Part shown: in pieces, positions 1 to 7,264 of the stretch
Layout: every line of letters begins with the position of its first letter
Numbering within the stretch: the first letter of the stretch is position 1
NCBI RefSeq assembly: GCF_001997385.1
Contig: NZ_CP019633.1
Span: forward strand, 390,001-422,000
Length of the DNA stretch: 32,000 bases
Source of the DNA: Sedimentisphaera cyanobacteriorum
Lineage (GTDB): Bacteria; Planctomycetota; Phycisphaerae; Sedimentisphaerales; Sedimentisphaeraceae
Direction: 5' to 3'
Notes under the pieces: generated by a model
What the model was told of the DNA's origin: nothing
Databases searched by the model: none
Seen by the model: only the letters and a program-made list of their open reading frames with translations
Translations under genes and position numbers: made by a program

Positions 1-152
1 CCGTTGATGCAATGCACAAGCGTAGATTTTCCGCTGCCGGAAGGGCCGGTCAAAAGCACCAGCTTGCCCGGTGAAATATCCAGATTGATATTCCTTAAAG
101 CAGGTTTCTCCTGCCGGGTATATGTAAATGTTAAGTCTTGTATTTTCAGCAT
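1..152 (-). CDS. ABC transporter ATP-binding protein, ECF/CbiO-like; only the first ~50 codons are in the window (gene continues past the left edge)
   Basis: Absent from the ORF track because it is partial. The reverse complement starts with ATG at 152 and reads MLKIQDLTFTYTRQEKPALRNINLDISPGKLVLLTGPSGSGKSTLVHCING. This is the ABC N-terminal strand region plus Walker A (GPSGSGKST). The STL..CING context is typical of energy-coupling-factor ATPases. Confidence 0.75.
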   Translation of the reverse strand, partial: MLKIQDLTFTYTRQEKPALRNINLDISPGKLVLLTGPSGSGKSTLVHCIN

Positions 153-174
153 TACAATTACTCAAAAGTCTGCT

Positions 175-297
175 GTACAATGATTTTCAAATCCAACCGC
201 TGGATTCGACGGCTGTCCGGGACCCCGATAAATCGGGACTGTTTCCCGGACACCTTTTCTTACTTTCAATTCTTCCGGCCAGTTGAACACGGTGGTA
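175..297 (-). pseudogene. Degenerate IS630-like transposase 3' remnant, copy A
   Basis: The minus frame reads YHRVQLAGRIESKKRCPGNSPDLSGSRTAVESSGWI*KSLY. Copy B (4537-4755) reads YHRVQLAGRIENKKRCPCNSPGIWTTVDWQFTTEDARIKLKKLY. The conserved NSP uses different Ser codons (agt vs tcg), so the similarity is partly at protein level. Copy A has an in-frame stop and a deletion. Confidence 0.35.
248..297. repeat. 50-bp direct repeat, copy 1 (49/50 identical to 4673-4722)
   Basis: The sequence GGACACCTTTTCTTA[C/T]TTTCAATTCTTCCGGCCAGTTGAACACGGTGGTA is found at both sites in the same orientation. The flanks are only weakly similar. Confidence 0.9.
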
Positions 298-369
298 GTT
301 GTGCAACTACTGATTGTGATTACAACCAGTACCAAACTAATTGTCAAAATTTTGTTTTTGGGCTGAAAT

Positions 370-1038
370 TTAAGGTTGATTTGCTTCCTTCTCTTTCTTC
401 ATCCTCTCAGCTTCCTGCCTCAACCGCTCTTGAGCTTCCTTGATCCTGTTTGGATCAACACCAGGAGGACCTCCCTTAAGTGCGTTGATAACTTCATTCA
501 TATCAGGAGGCTTGCTGTACTCACTTAATAAGCCAATCTCTTCAAAGTCTTTTCTGAGTTGGATGGATTCGTAGTCAGGCCCACATATAACTTTATTATC
601 CCCATCATCATTTTTATCTATTAGAACCATATATGCCTTTTCTTTCGTAACGAATATAGCTCGCGCTTCACTGAAAGAACCTTTTGAAGACCATTTTTTT
701 GTCCGTTTGGCATTCTTGAAATTAGTGGTTATTCGCTGTAGCCATGAAGGATCATTGATTGCCTTCTTAGCAAGTATTTCATGGCCTATTATTTCCTCAA
801 CCTTTTCAGGGTTACCTATTATATAAACATTTTTTTCTCCATAGAAAAGTTCTGGATGGTAATGGGGCGTTATTAATATAGCTTCTATTTTATTCAAAGC
901 TGGAATATCATTTATTCCAGCATCAAAATACTTGTATTGGTTTACAAGATTTTTATTTTCACTTTGTCGACATCCTGCTGAAAACAGAAAAAATACGAAT
1001 ATCAACGATGTCAATATTCTTATCCAGTTCATTTTCAT
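370..1038 (-). CDS. Hypothetical lipoprotein (222 aa) with a Lys/Glu-rich C-terminal tail; no family recognised
   Basis: ORF track. The N-terminus MKMNWIRILTSLIFVFFLFSAG|C is a signal peptide with a lipobox. An AAGGAG Shine-Dalgarno lies just upstream; the ATG at 1032 is an alternative start with better spacing. The gene begins 18 nt after the stop of 1057..4113, so the two are probably co-transcribed. Confidence 0.7.
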   Translation of the reverse strand: MKMNWIRILTSLIFVFFLFSAGCRQSENKNLVNQYKYFDAGINDIPALNKIEAILITPHYHPELFYGEKNVYIIGNPEKVEEIIGHEILAKKAINDPSWLQRITTNFKNAKRTKKWSSKGSFSEARAIFVTKEKAYMVLIDKNDDGDNKVICGPDYESIQLRKDFEEIGLLSEYSKPPDMNEVINALKGGPPGVDPNRIKEAQERLRQEAERMKKEKEANQP

Positions 1039-1056
1039 TTACTCCTTAACTCAGAA

Positions 1057-4000
1057 TTAATTAATATCTGGATATCTAAACCAAGCGTATTGCCAGTCAA
1101 TCACACCATAGTACATAAAGTTTTCTAAAATATTTGTTCCACCACCAGGAGGAAGAGAGTCTTCTACAGCAGTCTTAAGCATGTTTCCCTGCCTCAGACG
1201 GTTCCAGTAATCTTCCTCGAACTGGTTGTAATTTCCAAGTATATCATGGACCAATGCTGTGTTTTTCCAACCGATGAAGATCTGCTCACCGATATTGATA
1301 GGATCATCAATAGGAAGAATCCCCAGCATATAAGGGAATTCAACAGTTCTGGCTGAATAGCAAGCATTGAACTGTACCCATATCATTTTATCAGTATCTT
1401 GAACAAACCCTAACTCTGCTATCGAGTGATTGTTCTCATAGTACCAAGAAAGCTCCTCATAATCAGGAGGTATGTTGTTAGGGTCATAATCCTTCTTAAG
1501 ATACGAGAAAACTTTGCCACTTGCAGTAGTAATACACTGTCTTGGTGGCTGACCCAACAAATCATGATTACCATGGGAGCAGTGATACCAAATCTTTACA
1601 TTATCAAGAAGGAGACAGTAGCTAAGATTTTCCCATGTACATGCTTTAGCATTCAAGTATACAGGTCTAATCCCTTTTCTTACAGCTGCAGTAAGTGCCG
1701 CTTTCCAGCATTTCTTTTTGTCTCTTTCAAGACCCTTATTTCCTACAGACACAACCATCTTGACATTGCAACCTTGCGGATAATCTTTCTTCTTGAATTT
1801 TCTAGCGATAATCCTCTCGACTACATCTCTCCAAGAAGCAGAAAGAAGCATCGCCTCTGCCTTAACACTAAGGTCATAAGCACCATCTTCTTCAGTAAAA
1901 GAAGCCGCACTAACATGAGCGTTGAGCCCATCCACAAAACTCTGTGAATAGATAGTTGAACTATTGATTATGTCCACTAACTCAACAAGGTAAGTACCTG
2001 TAGCTAAGCCATATAAGTGATAGTCTTCACCAGGTGTAAACCCATCACCGCCTATAAGCATACTGACTTCATTATTGAACGTGCATTGGACAGCATCTGA
2101 ACAGATTACAGAATCCCCATACATAAAGACAATCTTAGCAGAATGGATTCCGTTAGTAAATTGCTCAGTCTTCACATCTATGCTATACCCATAATCAGAC
2201 TCTCCAAAAACTCCATATTTCTCACCATCAATCATAAGCCAAGCCATATGGATTTGAGGATCAGATATAGAAGTAGTCACTTTCACATACCCACTCAGGT
2301 TATTTGGATCCTGATCAAAGTTAGGTAAAATATTCGGTGCAGGTCCACCAGTAATCAGCCAATTCTCGCATAAGTCAGCTAGATCATTCATATCATAAGT
2401 AGTAAGCCAACCATTAGCAAGAACAGCAAAGTCATTAAAATCAACTACAAGGTTCTCATCAAGGTCACCTGCATAATAATCGCCTTCACCCGAATTAACA
2501 TAATCCCAATTAGGATAATGAAAACCGATATCAGCAATATTACCATCAGGAACAAGAGTGGTGGCAGTCGTTTTACCTACATACTGCGTCAGTTCTGGCA
2601 AGAGACTACCTGCATCGACGAAGTCACATGACTGATCGAGATAACAGATAGGTGCATAACCGCTTGCGCCAGTCTCATAAGGGTTAGCTGTAACTACAAC
2701 AGGATTGATCTCATCAAATGCCCAGTTCTTATTAGCGACATTATTATAGTACCCTGTATTCAGAACAGATGCAAACATGTATCCATCAACGAGATTGAGT
2801 CCTGCAACATAGGAGCCCGATACAATGTTATTCGCAATGAAAACAAAGCCAGCATCTTCATTTGCAGTAACACCATGAACAGTGATCCCATTGTCCTGGT
2901 AATAGTCACAGGTATTGTTTTCGATGTAGATAACACTATTAGCCTCCGCTACACCAGTAGTTGAAGCCAAGTAGACCTCGATACCACTATAATATGATCC
3001 AAAAAAAAGATTATTCACAATGTGAGTATGCTCAGGTCCATACTCGACAACACCATACACACAATTTACAAAGTAATTGTTCTCAATGTTTTTGTCAAGA
3101 CTCCTGTTTAATACAACAACTCCTGAATAAGCCCATTCCACAATAGTATATGTCATCTCAGTTGCAGTTGAACTGGTCTCAGTTATATACAATGGGCAAT
3201 AATAATCATTGTATGCAGGGGTTGCTGAATCCGACGTAAACACGATAGGGTTCTGAGCAGTTCCTCTGGATATAACAGCAGCACCATTCAGAGTTCTGAT
3301 ACCTGCACTGACACCTGTAGCGAACTCTACCCTAGTGCCTGGCTCAATAACAAGCATTGCGCCATTAACATCGACAGGGTTCAATACATGATAGGTGTTA
3401 TCTGATGTCCAGACTGTATTTGTAGTGATATCGCTAGTGATATCCACAACTGTCCCACCTGACATCATTTCGCCGCCAGTAGTAGTAGTAGTAGCAAAAG
3501 CCCTTTCAATACCACTCACTTCTTTTGAGGTAATGGCGGATTTGGTAACTTGGACAGAAGGACATGTCATCAGAACCTTATCCTGACTCTCACTTTTGGG
3601 TTTGAATCTCCAGGACTGAAGAGTATCAGGTACTATGGTCTCCTGTTCAACAGTCTCCGTAGCTAAACTGTTACCTGCCAACGGTTCTTCAACAGGGGGT
3701 ATCCAATGCAGGGCATCATAACCAATGCCAAAGGCAATTATTAAATCAGTTTCAGGCGTGTAAAAAAGAACAAGCTCATAAATATGGTCGTCGTCAGCGT
3801 GCAGATTCACAACTCCCAGAGCAGTACCTTCTTCTTCAAAGCTGAAGAGGTAGGAGGCATTTGGTTCTTTCACCACTGACTCAATATTGGTAATTGGTTC
3901 AATCTTACAACCCATTTCAGGAGTGACAAAATAATTAACATCTTTCTCCTTCTCACCTTCAATAGCGATTATAATTTCTTCACCGCCTTTTATCTCAGCA

Positions 4001-4113
4001 AATTCCTTAGCTGCATCAATGCCGTTTATTGTAAGTAAGACTTCTGCATTGGCAATAGAAGATATTACAAGAATTGATAAAAAAACTACCGCAAGAATTT
4101 TCCCTCTTTTCAT
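1057..4113 (-). CDS. Large secreted protein (1018 aa): signal peptide, right-handed beta-helix (PbH1-like) region, dockerin/EF-hand-like segment, and a C-terminal caspase-like (clan CD-type) His/Cys domain
   Basis: ORF track. The signal peptide ends ...SSIANA|EV. Repeated beta-helix rungs are present (NNYFVNCVYG, VNNLFFGSYYSGIEV, IENNTCDYYQDNGITV, IANNIVSGSYVAGLNL). A GDLDENLVVDFNDFAVLANGWL segment is dockerin-like. The C-terminus carries WYHCSHGN (His codon at 1573-1575) and WVQFNACYSA (Cys codon at 1360-1362). Confidence 0.8.
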   Translation of the reverse strand: MKRGKILAVVFLSILVISSIANAEVLLTINGIDAAKEFAEIKGGEEIIIAIEGEKEKDVNYFVTPEMGCKIEPITNIESVVKEPNASYLFSFEEEGTALGVVNLHADDDHIYELVLFYTPETDLIIAFGIGYDALHWIPPVEEPLAGNSLATETVEQETIVPDTLQSWRFKPKSESQDKVLMTCPSVQVTKSAITSKEVSGIERAFATTTTTGGEMMSGGTVVDITSDITTNTVWTSDNTYHVLNPVDVNGAMLVIEPGTRVEFATGVSAGIRTLNGAAVISRGTAQNPIVFTSDSATPAYNDYYCPLYITETSSTATEMTYTIVEWAYSGVVVLNRSLDKNIENNYFVNCVYGVVEYGPEHTHIVNNLFFGSYYSGIEVYLASTTGVAEANSVIYIENNTCDYYQDNGITVHGVTANEDAGFVFIANNIVSGSYVAGLNLVDGYMFASVLNTGYYNNVANKNWAFDEINPVVVTANPYETGASGYAPICYLDQSCDFVDAGSLLPELTQYVGKTTATTLVPDGNIADIGFHYPNWDYVNSGEGDYYAGDLDENLVVDFNDFAVLANGWLTTYDMNDLADLCENWLITGGPAPNILPNFDQDPNNLSGYVKVTTSISDPQIHMAWLMIDGEKYGVFGESDYGYSIDVKTEQFTNGIHSAKIVFMYGDSVICSDAVQCTFNNEVSMLIGGDGFTPGEDYHLYGLATGTYLVELVDIINSSTIYSQSFVDGLNAHVSAASFTEEDGAYDLSVKAEAMLLSASWRDVVERIIARKFKKKDYPQGCNVKMVVSVGNKGLERDKKKCWKAALTAAVRKGIRPVYLNAKACTWENLSYCLLLDNVKIWYHCSHGNHDLLGQPPRQCITTASGKVFSYLKKDYDPNNIPPDYEELSWYYENNHSIAELGFVQDTDKMIWVQFNACYSARTVEFPYMLGILPIDDPINIGEQIFIGWKNTALVHDILGNYNQFEEDYWNRLRQGNMLKTAVEDSLPPGGGTNILENFMYYGVIDWQYAWFRYPDIN

Positions 4114-4536
4114 GGCTCATATTCCTTTCTTATCATTTTAGTTAAATTACCAGATATTATCATTAAGTCCATACAAAAACAGCATTTGAAGGAGATTTTG
4201 CAGCCAGACAGGTTATGCGCAAACCCCCTCCTTATTATAAGGCGTTTCTCAACACCCAAATGTTGATTAAAAAATCAAATTTCTCCAAAATACCTTCCAT
4301 ATGAGCAATGCCGCTTCTTTCAAACTGCAACAATATCGAAACTTATACCTGAAGCACCGGCAAAAAAGGTTTAATTTTTTACCATTTTATGGTACCCCCC
4401 CCAATTGCAAGTAAAAAAGTGTTAAATTTGTCAAATATTTTAGCCTAACTGAGGGGCTTAATGGGGGAGCATTACAAGAAAGAAATGTTATTATTCAGAA
4501 GCAAAGGAAGGCCACCAGCCATTCAAAAGAGGGCTT

Positions 4537-4755
4537 TTACTGATTTCTAAAACTAGTACTCTGTAATTCCGAAATTACATGGTATACATGGTATAGTTTT
4601 TTTAATTTTATACGAGCGTCCTCAGTCGTAAATTGCCAATCAACTGTGGTCCAAATTCCGGGCGAATTACAGGGACACCTTTTCTTATTTTCAATTCTTC
4701 CGGCCAGTTGAACACGGTGGTAACGGATGGGCCGCTTTTTAATTATCCCATCCAA
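4537..4755 (-). pseudogene. IS630-family transposase C-terminal remnant, copy B (5' part of the gene missing)
   Basis: The minus ORF ends ...IWTTVDWQFTTEDARIKLKKLYHVYH. The V(D)W.FTT.DARIKLK.LY tail is, from memory, the characteristic C-terminus of one IS630/DDE_3 transposase group. A stop codon lies just upstream of the TTG-initiated ORF and no catalytic DDE region is present. Confidence 0.45.
4673..4722. repeat. 50-bp direct repeat, copy 2 (49/50 identical to 248-297)
   Basis: Read directly from the sequence. It lies inside transposase remnant copy B. Confidence 0.9.
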
Positions 4756-4899
4756 CTCGCAGCGGGCAAACGTGTATTAAAAGATGGCTATTGGTTTTTG
4801 GACTTTGCCGTCAAGAACGCGCCGCAATAGCGGTTTACCGTAAAGGCGGCATAGAATGCCGAACGGGATTGATGGTGTCATCGGAATGCTATCCCCTTG

Positions 4900-5853
4900 T
4901 TAGGCGATTCTTGACGCATGATTGACTAGTTCTTTGAAATCACTTTCTTTCAGTATTCGGATGCTTTGGCCTTTTTTAATAAGTTGCATTGCCTTTATGT
5001 GTTTGGAGCTCTTTTCTTTTCCTGCCAGTTTTGAAATATCTTGATCTCCAACCACCAATAACGTTGTTTTCTTTGTGATACCTGCTGCGACAGTACACCC
5101 GATACTTGCAGCCAAATCAGCAGCTTCTCTGCGAGGTATTTCCAGCGCACCCGTAAATACCATTATCTCTCCGTATAACTCACCTTCGGGGTTTCCATCT
5201 CTTTTTATCTTTGTCTTTCTCTTTGTCTTTCTCTTGTATAACTCACCTTCGGGGTTTCCATCTCTTCTTATGGCAGCACCGGTAGATACATTGTTTGGAT
5301 CGATTGGCTGATTGACGCGCTTTAACCAAGCGGAAATATCTAGGCCGGTTTGTTCAATGGCGGCTAAGAGCACGCGACCAGATGCTTTGGCATCCTCTAA
5401 TGCATCGTGATGCTTAAATTCATAGCCAATTTTGTTGCAGACATTGGCAAGACCATAGCCACCCCATGAAAACTCCTCCCAAGCTCTTCTAGCTACTCTG
5501 GCAGAATCTAACCACGTGGTATCAAAGCCGGGCAGTCCATATTTTTCTAATGCGCGGGCAATTGAGACTCGATCAAAATGAGTATGGCTGACGCAAACGG
5601 TTCCATTCAATAAATCAGCCAATTGACTTACTAATTCTGGAAATATTGGCTTTCCTTCTACATCTTCTTCGGTTATTCCATGTATATCGATATTTCTGAA
5701 GTCAAAATAGTCTTCAGGATCGACAAGTGAAGACCACTCTTCAATCAGTGTTCCATCGCTATATTTCGCCACGCCAATTTGGCAAATTGACGCCATATCT
5801 GCATTTGCGGTTTCTACATCAATAGCTACGAAGTCCATTTTAGGCGTTACCAT
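4900..5853 (-). CDS. DEDDh 3'-5' exonuclease (DnaQ/epsilon-like) fused to a C-terminal BRCT domain
   Basis: ORF track. Exo I is FVAIDVETAN, Exo II is VSHTHFDRV, and Exo III is HHDALEDAKASG (the DEDDh His). The C-terminus IMVFTGALEIPRREAADLAASIGCTVAAGITKKTTLLVVGDQ is a ligase-type BRCT pattern. The alternative start MDFVAID at 5838 lies 1 nt after the upstream stop. Confidence 0.85.
   Translation of the reverse strand: MVTPKMDFVAIDVETANADMASICQIGVAKYSDGTLIEEWSSLVDPEDYFDFRNIDIHGITEEDVEGKPIFPELVSQLADLLNGTVCVSHTHFDRVSIARALEKYGLPGFDTTWLDSARVARRAWEEFSWGGYGLANVCNKIGYEFKHHDALEDAKASGRVLLAAIEQTGLDISAWLKRVNQPIDPNNVSTGAAIRRDGNPEGELYKRKTKRKTKIKRDGNPEGELYGEIMVFTGALEIPRREAADLAASIGCTVAAGITKKTTLLVVGDQDISKLAGKEKSSKHIKAMQLIKKGQSIRILKESDFKELVNHASRIA
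5173..5271. repeat. In-frame 63-bp tandem duplication (36-nt arms, 1 mismatch) with a nested 12-bp duplication, inside the exonuclease-BRCT linker
   Basis: 5173-5208 and 5236-5271 are identical except for one base. Between them TTTGTCTTTCTC occurs twice. The protein reads RDGNPEGELY-KRKTKRKTKIK-RDGNPEGELY. Confidence 0.9.
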
Positions 5854-6211
5854 ATTTTTTAGGATTGCCAGTATAGATCACCCGCACACCGGTTCTGGAA
5901 CATGTAATCTCTGGTTCTTTGGAAAGATCTATATCAAGATCATCACCCCGTAGCCCTTGCCATTGCGCCAAATAAAACAGCGTTCCAAATTTTTCGCCTT
6001 TCTTTGGTTTCTTTTCAACGCCTCCTTTCCATCGCAATACTGGAAGCTCACCATTCTCCGCTCGGATGGCAAGTTCTGGTTCCTTTTCTCGTAATTCTCG
6101 CCCAACTTCCCAGCACGTGATTAAACCTTTGTCTTCACCTTTCCAACGGTCATCCCAGGAAAGACCTTCCCTTTTTGGCTCTTTGTGTGACCTCTGTATT
6201 CGCTGGTTCAT
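5840..6211 (-). CDS. Hypothetical protein (~123 aa from the ATG at 6211; the track ORF extends to a TTG at 6244)
   Basis: ORF track. The stop overlaps or abuts the exonuclease start (5840 vs 5853/5838), suggesting translational coupling. The protein is Lys/Glu/Trp-rich with no motif I recognise. Confidence 0.5.
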   Translation of the reverse strand: MNQRIQRSHKEPKREGLSWDDRWKGEDKGLITCWEVGRELREKEPELAIRAENGELPVLRWKGGVEKKPKKGEKFGTLFYLAQWQGLRGDDLDIDLSKEPEITCSRTGVRVIYTGNPKKYGNA

Positions 6212-6297
6212 GTTTCTATCTTCGTTCTTTTTTGCGTCTAACAATAATTAGACGGAACCGCACCTGCCCGGCTGCGCCGCCGGGCAAAACAAGTCGT

Positions 6298-6325
6298 ATT
6301 ATAGCCGGATATTGTCCGGCGTCAA
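6298..6325 (-). promoter_or_regulatory. Near-consensus sigma70-type promoter reading towards the small ORF-exonuclease operon
   Basis: The minus strand reads TTGACG (6325-6320), a 16-nt spacer, then TATAAT (6303-6298). A-tracts lie just upstream (UP-like). The spacer is the inverted repeat GCCGGA-tattg-TCCGGC. Confidence 0.55.
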
Positions 6326-6374
6326 GGGTTTTTTGACGATATTCGGATTTTTTCCCAAACACCCCGGATTGCGT

Positions 6375-6575
6375 CCGGAACGCCCCGAAAGCGTCTTGGA
6401 ACATTCCAAAAGCATCCTGGAACGCCCCGGAAAGCGTTTGGGGCTTCTGGAAAACCATTCGGGGCGTCTGGAACGTCGTCCCAGGCGTCTGGAAAACCGT
6501 CCCAGGCGTCTGGAAAACCGTCCGGGGAGCCGCGAAAAGGGTCCGGGAGCAGCCGAAAACGTTTCTGAAGGTTTT
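6375..6575. repeat. Array of ~9 degenerate 21-bp tandem repeats, consensus TGGAAAACCGTCCCAGGCGTC
   Basis: Units start at 6397, 6418, 6448, 6469, 6490, 6511, 6534 and 6555. 6477-6523 is a perfect 21-mer repeated 2.2 times. Unit junctions form TCCCAG-gcgt-CTGGAA imperfect palindromes. Confidence 0.85.
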
Positions 6576-6582
6576 TACTTTT

Positions 6583-6612
6583 GATTTCGATTTCGATTCC
6601 GATTTCGATTCC
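6583..6612. repeat. Hexamer microsatellite (GATTYC)x5
   Basis: The sequence gatttc gatttc gattcc gatttc gattcc is read directly. It can also be read as a 12-mer occurring twice. Confidence 0.85.
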
Positions 6613-6688
6613 GTCCGCAAAAAGGTTCAGCCATCCTTATGGCCTGTGCGAAAGGCCGGAATTATTTACTTTTAAAAGAGCGAATTAT

Positions 6689-7264
6689 TTATGCAGCGGC
6701 CCTTACATATAATGACGCTGCGGTTAAAACAGCCGCCAGAGCCAGCAGGATGCTCAGGGCGTAATAGTCGTTTTTCCTGAATTTTGCAGGCTTTAGAAAC
6801 TGTCTTTGGTTCGGGCGAGCAAGCCCCCGTGTCTCAGCAACCGCGGCCAGTTCATCTGCCATTTTCAGGCTTCTAATCGTTACCAGTGATATATAGCTCT
6901 GGCCGATTAAATGGGGTTGGGTAAATAGATCACGTTTTCGATGAGCCAAGCGCCGAAGCCGCATAGAATCGTGAATGACCAGGGATTCATTGAGCAGTGT
7001 CGGTATAAACCGAACCGCAATTGTCAGCGGCAGGATAATAATATTGGGGATTCTCCAGGCTTCAAGTGCGATAGTCATATCACGCAATTTAGTGGTTACA
7101 GCAAACCATAATCCGGTGGTTGCCAGTGCAGTTCCTCTGAAAACCATTCCAACAAACATGGCTTTGGGGTTTTCCATCGGCTTGTCCAGGGCATATTGGA
7201 ATATCACCATAAAAATAACCCAAAAAATGGCCGCCAATACAGTTGTAAAGAGAAACAATTTCAT
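6689..7264 (-). CDS. ecfT: ECF transporter transmembrane (T) component, CbiQ/EcfT family; short, possibly 5'-truncated
   Basis: ORF track. The probable real start is MKLFLF at 7264. Multiple TM helices are present, with LPLTIAVRFIPTLLNE and the C-terminal ELAAVAETRGLARP, which match the conserved R..P and A...(T)RG motifs of the CbiQ family. The 44 codons upstream in the track ORF are antisense to another gene fragment. Confidence 0.7.
   Translation of the reverse strand: MKLFLFTTVLAAIFWVIFMVIFQYALDKPMENPKAMFVGMVFRGTALATTGLWFAVTTKLRDMTIALEAWRIPNIIILPLTIAVRFIPTLLNESLVIHDSMRLRRLAHRKRDLFTQPHLIGQSYISLVTIRSLKMADELAAVAETRGLARPNQRQFLKPAKFRKNDYYALSILLALAAVLTAASLYVRAAA

Noticed and set aside
162-347. 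A 61-aa ORF with an N-terminus resembling a lipoprotein signal (MTISLVLVVITISS|C).
   Set aside because: Its 3' two thirds are the IS630-like remnant read in a different frame from the one showing protein-level similarity to copy B. No SD is present. It is more likely a chance ORF across transposase debris.
370-1038. The idea that the 222-aa protein next to a caspase-like domain protein could be a bacterial gasdermin-type substrate.
   Set aside because: It has a classical lipoprotein signal peptide and the large protein is itself secreted. Bacterial gasdermin systems are cytoplasmic, with a protease gene downstream of the gasdermin. I saw no sequence resemblance.
1426-1947. A 173-aa plus-strand ORF, and other short ORFs (2143-2328, 2961-3146, 3395-3586), inside the 1018-aa gene.
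   Set aside because: These are shadow ORFs antisense to a gene with clear domain content. They are low-complexity and lack ribosome-binding sites.
4633-4830. A 65-aa plus-strand ORF across transposase remnant copy B.
   Set aside because: It is antisense to the recognisable transposase tail, with no motif and no SD.
6375-6575. CRISPR array interpretation of the tandem repeats.
   Set aside because: The units are contiguous with no unique spacers, the period is only 21 bp, and there are no cas genes in the window.
6216-6620. Track ORFs 6216..6620 (-) and 6312..6584 (+) covering the 21-bp repeat array, giving heptad-like peptides (TVFQTPG... / RLENRPR...).
   Set aside because: Both strands are open only because the repeat unit lacks stop codons. 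The minus ORF starts at TTG with no SD. The products are low-complexity, and a strong promoter (6298-6325) lies inside the ORF. I treated the region as non-coding repeat DNA, although a repeat-protein gene cannot be fully excluded.
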